Positions 1 to 10,700 of a stretch of 32,303 bases of DNA are shown in pieces. The notes beneath the pieces are model-generated. The model searched no databases. It was not told the origin of the DNA and saw only the letters and a list, made by a program, of their open reading frames with translations. Each line of letters starts with the position of its first letter. The stretch's first letter is position 1. Source of the stretch: a bacterium (lineage in GTDB: Bacteria; CLD3; SB21); the NCBI GenBank assembly GCA_019695335.1, contig JAIBAF010000042.1:1-32303 (forward strand), read 5' to 3'. The translations under genes and the position numbers were made by a program.

Positions 1-2
1 CC

Positions 3-1034
3 GAATATAAAAAACTCCAGAACAATGAATTTATGGAAGCGTTGAGGGATCGTACTGTCAAAATTGACATTCCGTACATCACCAAATTATCTCATGAAAT
101 CAAGATCTATCAGAAAGATTACAATCCTAAAAAAGTTCGAGGTAAACACATTGCACCGCATACGCTTGAAATGGCCGCCATGTGGGCGGTACTCACACGG
201 CTTGAGGAACCGAATAAACCGAATTTGACCCAAGTTCAGAAATTGAAATTGTTCGACGGTAAATCGATTCCAGGATTTACCGAAGACAATATCAAAGAAT
301 TGCGTAAATCGGCTAAACGCGAAGGTATGGACGGCATCAGCCCGCGCTACATTCAGGATAAAATTTCGAATTGTCTCGTCAATGATAAACTCGGAAGTTC
401 CATCAATCCGTTCATGGTACTTAAAGAACTTGAAGGCGGATTAAAGCACCACTCGCTGATCAATAATGAAGAGCAACGTAAACGGTACCGTGAATTACTC
501 AATGTCGTGAAACAAGAATACGAAGATATTGTGAAAAACGAAGTGCAGCGAGCGATTTCCGCCGACGAGGAAGCGCTCAAACGCCTCTGCGCCAATTACA
601 TCGACAATATTAAAGCCTATACGCAAAATGAACGGGTTAAAAATAAATACACAGGCGAATACGAAGCGCCCGATGAGCGGCTTATGCGTTCCATTGAAGA
701 AAAAATAGAAATTCCCGAAAGCCGTAAAGACGATTTTCGCCGCGAGATCATGAATTACATCGGCGCCCTGGCTGTTGACGGGAAAACATTCGATTACAAA
801 ACCAATGAGCGGCTCAATAAAGCGCTCGAACTCAAGCTCTTCGAAGATCAGAAAGATAGCATCAAGCTGACCAGCCTCGTTAGTAACGTCATCGATAAAG
901 AGACGCAGGAGAAAATCGATATTGTCAAAGCGCGGCTGATTAATAATTACGGATACGACGAGGTCAGCGCCACCGATGTGCTGCAATATGTTGCCAGTAT
1001 TTTTGCACGCGGCGATATCAAATCGCAGAAGTAA
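3..1034 (+). CDS. prkA: PrkA-family serine protein kinase, C-terminal fragment (5' end lies outside the window)
   Basis: The frame is open from base 3 with no upstream stop, so the tool's Met at 33 is internal. The sequence is typical of the C-terminal half of PrkA/YeaG. It ends with TAA at 1032-1034 and is followed directly by yhbH, as in prkA-yhbH operons. Confidence 0.8.
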   Translation, partial: EYKKLQNNEFMEALRDRTVKIDIPYITKLSHEIKIYQKDYNPKKVRGKHIAPHTLEMAAMWAVLTRLEEPNKPNLTQVQKLKLFDGKSIPGFTEDNIKELRKSAKREGMDGISPRYIQDKISNCLVNDKLGSSINPFMVLKELEGGLKHHSLINNEEQRKRYRELLNVVKQEYEDIVKNEVQRAISADEEALKRLCANYIDNIKAYTQNERVKNKYTGEYEAPDERLMRSIEEKIEIPESRKDDFRREIMNYIGALAVDGKTFDYKTNERLNKALELKLFEDQKDSIKLTSLVSNVIDKETQEKIDIVKARLINNYGYDEVSATDVLQYVASIFARGDIKSQK

Positions 1035-1043
1035 GGAGTTCAT

Positions 1044-2150
1044 TTGAATCTCAATATTCAGGTCGACCATAACCGTTTTCGTCAGATCGTCAAAGGCCGG
1101 ATCAAACAAAATCTGAAAAAATACCTAACGCAAGGTGAGATGATCGGAAAAAAAGGTAAAGATTTTGTACGAATTCCTCTGCCACAAATCGATATTCCGC
1201 ATTTCCGGTACGGCACAAAACAGACCGGCGGAGTTGGCCAGGGAAATGGCGACAAAGGTACGCCACTGGGCGGCGATTCGAACGATCCGACATCGGGCGA
1301 AGCCGGAAACACTGAGGGTCAGCACACACTTGAAGTTGATATCACACTGGAAGAACTGGCGCAGATGCTCGGTGAAGAACTTGAGTTGCCACGGATTGAG
1401 CCGAAAGGAAAAAAAACTATCGACTCAATGAAGGATAAATATACAGGTATTCGCAGCACGGGCCCCGAAAGTTTACGCCACTTCAAACGTACTTTCAAAC
1501 ATGCCCTAAAACGGCAGATCGCCAGCGGTATTTACGATCCCGATAATCCTATCATCGTGCCGGTACGAGAAGACCGGCGTTACCGCACATGGAAGGAATA
1601 CCACGTTCCGCATAGCAACGCCGTAATTATTTATATCATGGATGTCTCGGGAAGTATGTGGGAAGAACAAAAAGAAATTGTACGCATTGAAACGTTTTGG
1701 ATCGATACTTGGCTTCGCAGTCAATATAAAGGCATAGAATCGCGCTATATCATTCACGACGCTGTTGCGAGAGAGGTCGACCGGGAAACGTTTTTCCATA
1801 CGAGAGAAAGCGGCGGCACCATGATTTCCAGCGCGTACAAATTATGCCGCGAAGTGATCGATAAAGATTATTCGCCGTACGATTGGAATATTTATCCGTT
1901 CCATTTCTCGGATGGCGATAACTGGTCGCGTGAGGATTCAATGGAGTGTATTGAATTATTGCAGAAAGAAGTCCTGCCAAAGGTTAATATGTTTTGTTAC
2001 GCACAGGTGGAAAGCCCGTACGGCAGCGGTCAGTTTCTACGTGATCTCAATGATCACTTTGAAGGCAGTGAGCAAGTCATTACCTCTCAAGTTGCCAATC
2101 GCGACCAGATTTATGAATCAATTAAGATATTTTTAGGAAAGGGTAAGTGA
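1044..2150 (+). CDS. yhbH: YhbH/YeaH-family protein (DUF444, vWA-like), partner of PrkA
   Basis: TTG start at 1044, preceded by AAGGAG at 1033-1038. The N-terminus '[18 protein letters not shown]' and the central 'MDVSGSM' vWA-like MIDAS motif are characteristic of DUF444. It sits 9 nt downstream of prkA. Confidence 0.85.
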   Translation: MNLNIQVDHNRFRQIVKGRIKQNLKKYLTQGEMIGKKGKDFVRIPLPQIDIPHFRYGTKQTGGVGQGNGDKGTPLGGDSNDPTSGEAGNTEGQHTLEVDITLEELAQMLGEELELPRIEPKGKKTIDSMKDKYTGIRSTGPESLRHFKRTFKHALKRQIASGIYDPDNPIIVPVREDRRYRTWKEYHVPHSNAVIIYIMDVSGSMWEEQKEIVRIETFWIDTWLRSQYKGIESRYIIHDAVAREVDRETFFHTRESGGTMISSAYKLCREVIDKDYSPYDWNIYPFHFSDGDNWSREDSMECIELLQKEVLPKVNMFCYAQVESPYGSGQFLRDLNDHFEGSEQVITSQVANRDQIYESIKIFLGKGK

Positions 2151-2168
2151 AAATTTATTCAGTTCATA

Positions 2169-2200
2169 AAAAAAGCGAAGTTTACACTTCGCTTTTTTTG
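2169..2200. terminator. Rho-independent bidirectional terminator between convergent yhbH and the ABC permease
   Basis: A-run 2169-2175, stem AGCGAAGT (2175-2182), loop TTAC, stem ACTTCGCT (2187-2194), T-run to 2200. This reads as an intrinsic terminator on both strands. Confidence 0.75.
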
Positions 2201-2214
2201 TTTAAATAATTTTA

Positions 2215-3426
2215 TTATTCAAATCGTAATGCTTCGATCGGATTAAGTGATGCCGCTTTTTTTGCAGGATAGAATCCAAAAAATATTCCGACGCTGGCCG
2301 AAAACGACATCGATACAATAATCGACATGCCCGTGATTGAAACCGTCCATTGCGTAAAGGCCTCGACAGCCTGGGCCGTCAGAATACCAATGATCAACCC
2401 GATAACGCCACCCATCAAACTCAATACAATTGCTTCAACCAAAAATTGCATCAGAATGTCCTGTTCAGTCGCGCCAATAGCCATGCGGATGCCGATCTCG
2501 CGCGTACGCTCCGTTACGGAAACAAGCATGATGTTCATGATTCCTATTCCGCCGACCACCAGTGATATCGACGCGACAATGATCATTAACACAGAGACGG
2601 TTTTGGAAATAGACTTGGCTACTTCATTGATCTGATCCTGAGTCCGAATCGAAAAGTCGTCATCGCCCCATGCCGGAATACGGTGCGAACCTCTAAGTAT
2701 ATGGCGAACTTGTTCGATAGCTGCATCCATGTCCTGAGAAGTTCGAACGGATACATATAAATAATCCAGATCAGACTTGCCTGTCAATCGTTTCAAAAAA
2801 GTCGTGTAAGGAATAATAATCATATCGTCTTGATCCTGGCCTCCCGCTAGTTGTCCTTTAGGCTCTAGTACGCCGACGACCCTGAACGGGACATTTTGAA
2901 TGCGAATAATTTCTCCCGTTGGATCTGCTTGCCCGAAAAGATTAGTGGCCACCGTCGTTCCTAGTACACATACTTTATTGCCTGAACGATAATCCTGATC
3001 AGTAAACATAGTACCTGACTGGAATCCCCAGTTACGAATCCGAGTAAAACTCGTATTCACTCCGAAAATCTGGCTGCCCCAACTTCGTTCAGCCGATATC
3101 ACGCTGGTAACCAAGCGAATTGCCGGCGTTTGCGCCGTGACAAGATCACATTCCCGTAAAATCATTTCACCATCATCGGGTGTGAGTGTATTGGTTTTTT
3201 GGAGACGAATGCCTCCCTCCGTTCGTCCACCGGGACGGATCGTCACCATATTAGTACCAAATGCGGCCGTCTGGTTGTCAATTTCCTGTTGTGCTCCCGC
3301 GCCAACGCCCGTCATCGCTATGATCGAACCGACGCCGATGACGATACCGAGCATCGTTAGCGCCGATCTCATTTTATTGCGGGTCAACGCGCTGTAAGCA
3401 ATTTTTAAAATCGTCAAAAAACCCAT
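2215..3426 (-). CDS. ABC transporter permease, MacB/FtsX family (N-terminal TM, periplasmic domain, C-terminal 3-TM FtsX domain)
   Basis: ATG at 3426. N-terminus 'SALTRNKMRSALTMLGIVIGVGSII' is typical of MacB-type permeases. The C-terminal hydrophobic FtsX-like block ends '...AKKAASLNPIEALRFE'. It lies 16 nt downstream of the ABC ATPase. Confidence 0.85.
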   Translation of the reverse strand: MGFLTILKIAYSALTRNKMRSALTMLGIVIGVGSIIAMTGVGAGAQQEIDNQTAAFGTNMVTIRPGGRTEGGIRLQKTNTLTPDDGEMILRECDLVTAQTPAIRLVTSVISAERSWGSQIFGVNTSFTRIRNWGFQSGTMFTDQDYRSGNKVCVLGTTVATNLFGQADPTGEIIRIQNVPFRVVGVLEPKGQLAGGQDQDDMIIIPYTTFLKRLTGKSDLDYLYVSVRTSQDMDAAIEQVRHILRGSHRIPAWGDDDFSIRTQDQINEVAKSISKTVSVLMIIVASISLVVGGIGIMNIMLVSVTERTREIGIRMAIGATEQDILMQFLVEAIVLSLMGGVIGLIIGILTAQAVEAFTQWTVSITGMSIIVSMSFSASVGIFFGFYPAKKAASLNPIEALRFE

Positions 3427-3442
3427 AGTAATTTCATTCCTG

Positions 3443-4240
3443 TTAGGCGTTGTCGACTATCGATGTCGCCAATACACGTTTCATTTCTTCTTCCGGATTC
3501 AGTCTGGCCGTAACCATCATGTCCTTGATAATGCGGCCGTCACGGAAGACTACGTTTCGTCGGGCATATTGGGCAATATCGTTTTCATGCGTAACCAGCA
3601 CTATCGTAATTCCCTGATCATTCAGGCGTTGAAAAATGGCCATGATCTCAATGGATGTTTTACTGTCTAGATTACCCGTAGGCTCGTCGGCCAGAATCAT
3701 TGACGGATGCGTGGCTAAAGCTCGCGCAATCGCGACACGCTGCTGTTGTCCTCCTGAGAGTTCGTTAGGTTTATGATCGAATCGTTTTTCCAATCCAACC
3801 GCTTTAAGCGCTTCCAGAGAACGTTCACGTCGCAAATTGGAAGCTAGCCCCTGATACATCATTGGCAACTCAACATTTTCAAGCGCGGACGTGCGTGATA
3901 ATAAATTAAATCCCTGAAATACAAATCCGATTTTTTGGCTGCGGATTTTCGCTTTTTCATTTTTGGTCATACGCGCGACTGGAATGCCTTCGAGAATATA
4001 ATCGCCCGATGTTGGGGCATCAAGGCAACCGAGAATATTCATAAACGTTGATTTTCCGGAACCCGAAGCGCCCATGATCGCTACAAATTCACCTTTTCGA
4101 ATTTCAAGCGACACACCCCGAAGAGCCTGCACGTCGATGTCACCCATACGATAGATTTTCTTAAGATTTTTCACCGAAATGAGAGGCTCTTGCCCAAGGT
4201 AATCTACCGTTTCAGTTTTGATTGTATTCGATTCAATCAT
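3443..4240 (-). CDS. ABC transporter ATP-binding protein (MacB/LolD-type ATPase)
   Basis: Walker A 'GASGSGKST', ABC signature 'LSGGQQQRV', Walker B '[11 protein letters not shown]' and H-loop 'VTHE' are all present. Confidence 0.9.
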   Translation of the reverse strand: MIESNTIKTETVDYLGQEPLISVKNLKKIYRMGDIDVQALRGVSLEIRKGEFVAIMGASGSGKSTFMNILGCLDAPTSGDYILEGIPVARMTKNEKAKIRSQKIGFVFQGFNLLSRTSALENVELPMMYQGLASNLRRERSLEALKAVGLEKRFDHKPNELSGGQQQRVAIARALATHPSMILADEPTGNLDSKTSIEIMAIFQRLNDQGITIVLVTHENDIAQYARRNVVFRDGRIIKDMMVTARLNPEEEMKRVLATSIVDNA

Positions 4241-4251
4241 ATTTTTCCTGT

Positions 4252-5412
4252 TTATTTCGATGGCACAAAACTGCGTACAGCGCCTGAACTCGTTGCGCTG
4301 CTGCTGACCCCGGTTATAACGCCCGCTTTTTCTTTGACGTCTCCGGATTTGACCTCAGTGAATTGTCCGTCGGTAATGCCGGCGTCAAGAAAAAGCGGCA
4401 TAAGTTCTTCACTTTCATCCAAAGTCCATACCATCGTGCTATTTTTCAAATCAAACTTGGTTCCATATTGTTTGATGAATTTTGAAAATTGCTCTTGCGT
4501 TAAAGCTGGTTGGTAACGAAGCGCCATATTCGGGACTTTGACGATATCTTTTTTTGCATCGACGATAATGGAAATATTGGCGGTCATCCCTGGGAGCAAT
4601 TTATTGTCTTCATTGGCCACGTCAATGATCACTTCATAACTCACAACATTTTGTGTAATGATTGGTTGGAGGCGAACCTGTGAAATTTTCCCATTGAAAG
4701 TTTCATCCGGGTACGCGTCGACGTAAAATGTTACATCTTGGCCGACTTTCACTTTGCCGATGTCAACTTCATCGATAGTAGCCTCCACTTGGATTTTCGA
4801 CAAATCGTTAGCAATCAGAAATAAAATCGGAGCCTGCAAACTCGCTGCTACTGTTTGGCCTACGTCGACATTACGGGAAATAATTACGCCGTCGATAGGC
4901 GAAACGATATTGGTGTACTGAAGCGAGACCTGCGCGCGGTTGTACGCCGCGAGCGTCTGCTTTTGTTGCGATAACGAAAACTCGTAATTGGTTTGCGCTT
5001 CATCTTTTTCCGCTTGCGAAATTAATTTCCGGTCAAACAATTCCGTTGCTCGCTCCAATGTTTTTTTGGATTGTGCCACTTGAGCGTTCGCTTTCTCAAG
5101 ATTCGCTTCCGCTTCCAGCAATTGCGCTTTTAAAAACGTCGGATCGATTTGAGCAATCACCTGCCCTTGTTTGACTTTTTGATTAAAATCGGCGTAGATC
5201 TTGGAAATCGTTCCTGAAATTTGCGTACCAACCTGTACACGTGTGACAGGATTGACTTTGCCCGTAGCTGTAATGATGACTGAAATATCACCGCGTTGCA
5301 CCGATTCTATTTTGTAATGGAGCGGCGTTCCTGAATTATTGAAGTAGATCGCTCCGGCCAATATCAGCCCCGCTGCAAGCGAACTGATAATTATCATTTT
5401 CCTTTTGTTCAT
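4252..5412 (-). CDS. Efflux periplasmic adaptor / membrane fusion protein (HlyD/MacA family)
   Basis: N-terminal TM anchor '[17 protein letters not shown]' followed by a coiled-coil-rich segment ([26 protein letters not shown]...) and β-barrel/lipoyl-like regions. It lies between the TolC-like gene and the ABC ATPase. Confidence 0.85.
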   Translation of the reverse strand: MNKRKMIIISSLAAGLILAGAIYFNNSGTPLHYKIESVQRGDISVIITATGKVNPVTRVQVGTQISGTISKIYADFNQKVKQGQVIAQIDPTFLKAQLLEAEANLEKANAQVAQSKKTLERATELFDRKLISQAEKDEAQTNYEFSLSQQKQTLAAYNRAQVSLQYTNIVSPIDGVIISRNVDVGQTVAASLQAPILFLIANDLSKIQVEATIDEVDIGKVKVGQDVTFYVDAYPDETFNGKISQVRLQPIITQNVVSYEVIIDVANEDNKLLPGMTANISIIVDAKKDIVKVPNMALRYQPALTQEQFSKFIKQYGTKFDLKNSTMVWTLDESEELMPLFLDAGITDGQFTEVKSGDVKEKAGVITGVSSSATSSGAVRSFVPSK

Positions 5413-5430
5413 ACTGATCTGATCCGTCTG

Positions 5431-6789
5431 TTAATGAGTTTCTTTTATTTTTCCGATGGTTCTTTTGAATTTCGATAGTTCGACCTGATATTGATATAAT
5501 GCTGTCGTGCGGTCAATACGGGCATTAGCAAGCGATAAATTCGCATCCGTCACTTCAATGGCCGAACCGATGCCGGTATCGAAACGTCCTTCGGCAAGTT
5601 GGAGATTTTTTTCGCCTTGAACGACAATTTTCTCGCTGGCTTTATACCTTTCTTCGGCATATTTCACGCTAAAATATCTTTCCTGAACTTCCTGAATAAT
5701 TTTTTGTTTAAGTACATTATATTGCGACGTTGCGATACGAATATTTCCCTGCGCTTCGGCAATATCGGCCCGGACGCTGAGTCCTTGAAAAATCGGAAAC
5801 GCAAAATTGAGTCCAACATTATAACCGAGCTTGAATTTGTCTTTGCTGAGATTGTCAGCCGGATCTTTTTGAATGATATAGGGTCCGACGCCTCCTGAAG
5901 CTGTAATGATCGGCCCGTATTGACTACGCGCCGCGCTCAAGGCCGCCTTGGATGCCTTGATCCGCATTTCACCGGCTGTAACTTCTTTCCTTGATTGCAT
6001 GGCGATGTCGATACATTCTTTCAGATTGCTCGTAAACGGTACATATTGCACTTCCAAAGGCGTTACGTAATTGGCCGGTTCATCGCTGACTTCAGTAATG
6101 CCCATAGCGCTGTTCAGATTTACTTTGGCCAAACGTAATTGGCCTTTCGCGTTAATCAGTTCCAACTCGGCACTGGCCACTTCCAATTCAGCTTTCGATA
6201 CTTCTGATTCGGGTAATTTTCCAACTTCAAAAAATCCTTTGGCGCGCTCAACATGCTTACGTGATTGCGTAACACGTTCCTCATTAATTCTAACGACTTG
6301 TTGTGCCTGGATGTAATTGTAATACGTTATATGAACATTGAGCACGACGTCTTCCTCGGTCGAGGCCAACGATAACTCCGCTGCTTTGATCAATTGATCC
6401 TTCGATTCGAGCGATTTGGCTGTACGGCCAAAATCGTAGATTGGTTGTTTGATGGTCATGCGGATGTTGGGAATAAATTTCGTTCCTTGTTTGGGATCGT
6501 AGATAGGACTTGACGCAATAACATTCGACGACTGCAACGGTGTATTCGTCACATAAGCGCCTGCTTCCAATTGGATTTGTGGAAAGAGCAACGACTGAAC
6601 CTGTGTGTAATCCGATTCAGCCGTGATGACGGCTCCTTGGGATGTGCCAAGCGCCGGCTGATTTTCAAGCGCAATCCGGATACATTCAGCCAAAGTCAGC
6701 GTATCAGAAATTTGTATAGTATAAGCTGTTTCCTGAGCTCTGACAGGCATCGTTATAATCAATAAAATAAGAAAAACGTATGACCTCAT
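5431..6789 (-). CDS. TolC-family outer membrane efflux protein
   Basis: Signal peptide 'MRSYVFLILLIITMPVRAQE' starts at the ATG at 6789, which has GGA-type RBS 'AAAGGAAAAGAT'. The ORF tool's longer start at 6858 is probably an upstream extension. Two repeated α-helical/coiled-coil halves are typical of the OEP family. It is the first gene of the 4-gene efflux operon. Confidence 0.8.
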   Translation of the reverse strand: MRSYVFLILLIITMPVRAQETAYTIQISDTLTLAECIRIALENQPALGTSQGAVITAESDYTQVQSLLFPQIQLEAGAYVTNTPLQSSNVIASSPIYDPKQGTKFIPNIRMTIKQPIYDFGRTAKSLESKDQLIKAAELSLASTEEDVVLNVHITYYNYIQAQQVVRINEERVTQSRKHVERAKGFFEVGKLPESEVSKAELEVASAELELINAKGQLRLAKVNLNSAMGITEVSDEPANYVTPLEVQYVPFTSNLKECIDIAMQSRKEVTAGEMRIKASKAALSAARSQYGPIITASGGVGPYIIQKDPADNLSKDKFKLGYNVGLNFAFPIFQGLSVRADIAEAQGNIRIATSQYNVLKQKIIQEVQERYFSVKYAEERYKASEKIVVQGEKNLQLAEGRFDTGIGSAIEVTDANLSLANARIDRTTALYQYQVELSKFKRTIGKIKETH

Positions 6790-6937
6790 ATCTTTTCCTT
6801 TAAAAACCGATTTCAAATACTTATAGCTTTTTAAAACATGATTCAAGTTACATACCAATTATTTTTTCACTAAAACTATTAAAAACAATTTCTAAAAAAT
6901 GATACTGTTTTTCAAATTTTCACACTGCATAAGTTTT

Positions 6938-7714
6938 TCACAGTATTGAATCTGAAAGTTGAAAAATTTTAGCCGCATTTTCCGATGTAATTCGCGCAAT
7001 ATCATCAATATTTTTTCCAAGAATTTCTGCCAATTTTTCTGCCGTGTACCGGACGTACGCCGGTTCATTTCGTTTTCCCCGATAAGGAACCGGCGTCAAA
7101 AACGGCGCATCCGTTTCAATCAACAAGCGATCCGCCGGAACTTTTTTAACAATTTCAGGAAGCGCCGATTTTTTATACGTAAGATTACCGGCAAAAGAAA
7201 TAAAAAAATTTAAATCCAGAGACGCTTCCAGCAACTTCTCATCGCCGGAAAAACAGTGCATGATTCCTCGTAGTCTGGAAGAACGCTCCTCTTGCAAAAT
7301 GCGGATAACGTCATCGCTGGCCTCGCGATTATGAATGACAATAGGTTTATCCAAATCCTCAGCAAGCCGTATCATTTTTCTGAACACATGATGCTGAATT
7401 TCCTGCGGAGTTTCCTTCCAATAATAATCCAGACCGATTTCTCCAATTGCGACTATTTTTTTGTATAACGCCATTTGCCGAAAAACATCGATCATGGCGT
7501 CATCAAATTTCCGGGCATCGGTTGGATGAAGTCCCACTGCGGCATACACATTAGGATAATTTTCAGCCAATCGAATGGCCCGTTGTGCTGAATCCACATC
7601 GGTACCGATCGTAACGACACGGCTGACGCCACCTTCAAAAGCCCGGCGAATCATCTCTTCACGATCTGCATCGAAAAGATCATAATCCAGATGCGCGTGC
7701 GTATCAAAGAACAC
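6938..7714 (-). CDS. tatD: TatD-family metal-dependent hydrolase/DNase
   Basis: N-terminus 'MFFDTHAHLDY' is the canonical TatD start, and HxH, 'GEIGLDY' and 'ETDAPFL' motifs are present. The GTG start at 7712-7714 sits immediately after the tamB stop. Confidence 0.9.
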   Translation of the reverse strand: MFFDTHAHLDYDLFDADREEMIRRAFEGGVSRVVTIGTDVDSAQRAIRLAENYPNVYAAVGLHPTDARKFDDAMIDVFRQMALYKKIVAIGEIGLDYYWKETPQEIQHHVFRKMIRLAEDLDKPIVIHNREASDDVIRILQEERSSRLRGIMHCFSGDEKLLEASLDLNFFISFAGNLTYKKSALPEIVKKVPADRLLIETDAPFLTPVPYRGKRNEPAYVRYTAEKLAEILGKNIDDIARITSENAAKIFQLSDSIL

Positions 7715-10700
7715 TCAGTATTCCTTCCTGAAATAAAAAATGACGTTAATAATATCTTCCTGCTGTGTTGATTGACCCTGAGCGGGCTTTTTATATTCAA
7801 ACTCCAACGTCTTCTTCCACGATGGCCCTAAGATTTTTCTAAGTACCGGAATATTGTTGACGACGCTATCGGCAACCAATTCAAGCGTAATATTCCGCGC
7901 AGAGGTCGCATCAAAACCGCCTTCAAAACTTACAGAAACCGATTCACTGATTCGTTTGGCAACAGCAATAGAACTGCCTTGTCCGGAGGTTCCCGCCTGG
8001 TATTCAAGTTTTTGCAATCCGGCCTGATTAGCTACAGCGTTGAGCAATTGATTGATCGCAACTTGCTTGGCAAAATCGCCGGCCTGTTCCTTACCGAGTT
8101 TTGCCAGATCGCTCGTTTTGACGCCCAAAACCAGATACGACAAAATATCCGCCGGTTCCGTCAAACCATCGAGCGGGCTGTCCGTTCCCCGTTCCACGGC
8201 AATAATCGCGATAACCGGACGAAGCAATTTGCCCGTCACTTTGATCTGTGCTTCAGCCGGAATACTCTCACCGTCGTCCGTCCGATACTCAAAGCGTTTG
8301 ACAGCGACGATATCCAACTCCGGATTCAATCCGGGCTCACCGGTGAATTTGACGTTACCCTGATCGATAGTAAACGCGGCATTCAGATAGGCATACTTCC
8401 CGCCTTTTTTAGTATTCACGTCTCCGGTAATAAAAAAATCTTCCGATCCCGGCGGCTTGGTTACGTTAATGTCACCTTGGAGCCCAAGTAACATTTCAGC
8501 GCTGCGCACGTTGTTATCCGTATTTTCAGGCAGACTGACGTTCAAATCCATGTCGAGATTTTTATAATAATTGACTTCCTTGACTTCTTTATCTTTTTTT
8601 GTGCTTTTCGATGCGTTGACATCCGTAACGATTTTAGCTTTAGTAGGATCGACTACCCAAATTTCCGAATTCCGGATTTGTAAATCGCCTTTAACCGTGG
8701 TAAATGCCAGCGACTGAGCCGATACCGTCATAGCACCCGTGATTTTTGCCGTATGCAGATACGTCGTTTCGCTTTTCGTATTGACCGGAACAAAATCGTT
8801 GAACGCAAGGTTCAGTTTATAGCCGACGTTGTCGATTTTATTGAAATCAAAGTTTTTCATCAAATCGGCCAACGATACTTCCCCATTGGCCAGTAAAAGC
8901 GATCGGGAATCTTTACCGGCCTGAACCGACATAGTATCCAGGAAAATATTTTCAGGCGTTACACGCACGAACATCCGCATATTCCGAAAAGTCTGGCCAA
9001 TCGTATTTTTCGGAAAAGTCATCACGCCGTCTTCGATTTTCATTTCGCCTTCGACCACCGGCTTTTCTTTATTACCGCTGATTTTCATATCGATCTTAAG
9101 ATCACCGCGATTCAGCGTCAGCGCTTTGCCGAAAAACGCCTGAAGAAAACGTAAATCAATTCCTTCCGAGTGAATTTTACAATTGATCGGCCGGGTCGTG
9201 AATCGCTGTTCCACATCTTTAAAACTCAGGTCGACCGGCAAATATCCGCCAACCGTCAATGTTTTGTCGGCGTTCTGGTTCAGCGACATGTTGAATTGAA
9301 CTTTCCGGTTCAAATACTGCATATTGCCAAGGAAATTATTATAAACGAATTCGGAGGCCTTGCCGTTGGTAATATTCCAATCAAGAATCATAATGGGTTT
9401 TTCGAAACTGCCTTTGATGCTGGCATTAAGATTGAGCAATCCTTCAACGACCGACTGATTCGATCCAATCAGCGCATTGGCACGGGACAGATTCAGATCT
9501 TTGATCTTGACGTCAAGATTCTGGTCGCCGGCGATATCGATATTGCCAAACAACGAAATGAAGCCGTCTCCGATGTCCATGCTAAATGAACGGATGTCGT
9601 ACACATTTTTGTCGAGATCGAATGTAAGATCGATGGGCTTATTGTTCTGCCATTTTTCAGTCCATTTTTCATAAGTGGTATCGATCACGGGATCTTCACC
9701 GAGAGCAATACTTCGTTCACGCGTTTTGAGGTTTTTTCCCGAGATGCGCAGATAGAGGTTTTCCAACTGCAGGTCGCCTTTTTTTTCGCTGTGCATGAAC
9801 AAGCTGCCTTTGATATTGGCATAGGCATCGAGCGTATCTTGCAGGCCGGAAATTTCAAATGATGTGCGATCGCGTTCTTTCGTGATCGATGTTGTAAAAT
9901 CGTTGATCACTGTTCCGTTGATATCCGCACGTCGCGTAAAAAGAAAAATATCGCCATACACCGTATTATCGATACGCTTGAAATCGGGATTCGCGATAAT
10001 TTCGCGCGGAACGATATTGTAGAAAGCATAATTAAATGAAAGCGAATCAAGTTTGATGGTTGAAAAAATAAAATTGGTCAGCGTCATGGCACCGCTGGTT
10101 TGTAAATTATCATAATTGCCTATCACATTACCCTCAAAAGCCAGATCCAACCCGAGCGTATCTTTAAACAACGAGTCCGATCCGATATATTTTTTCAGTA
10201 ATGAAAAGTCCAGTGTTTTGATCTTGTAATTCATATTGACCGTAGAATCCAATCCTAATGCGCCGTTCGCTTCGATGCTTGCCAATGGCGTAACGACTTT
10301 AAGATTGTCGAGATGAATTTGACCGTTACTTTGAGAACCCCGAACAACAAGATTTTCCAGACGCCGGTTCATGATCATGGACGATTCGCTATGAACACTG
10401 AGTTGACCGTTGGAAGTTTTCGGATTTAATCCTTTGCCATCGTAGGCCAAATTAAGATTGATCGAACTTTGCAACGCCGTATCGCCCACAAGATCGGCAA
10501 TATTAATATGGCGAAATTTCGTTTCGAGATGATATTCTTCGGTCAGCAGTTTATAATATCCTTCGCAGTCAAAATCACCGGCGCTGGTGCGGCCTTTGAA
10601 ACGCGTCAGTTTCGCTTCCCCTTCTTTAACATTGGCATCCACATTAAAGCTGTCGATATCTATGGCAAAAAAACGCGATTTGAATAAGCTGAATTGCACA

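Noticed and set aside
495-1109. 204-aa minus-strand ORF, plus other small ORFs at 353-595 and 1082-1329, overlapping prkA/yhbH
   Set aside because: They lie antisense inside well-supported conserved genes, have low-complexity composition, and show no start or RBS context. These are typical shadow ORFs.
6790-6858. Longer N-terminal extensions proposed by the ORF tool at 6858, 14021, 16290, 21904, 24078 and 24302
   Set aside because: These extensions begin at non-ATG codons or run upstream of good ATG+RBS starts that yield canonical N-termini: a signal peptide, an REC start, an E. coli YdeP-like MKK start, and so on. The internal ATGs are preferred.
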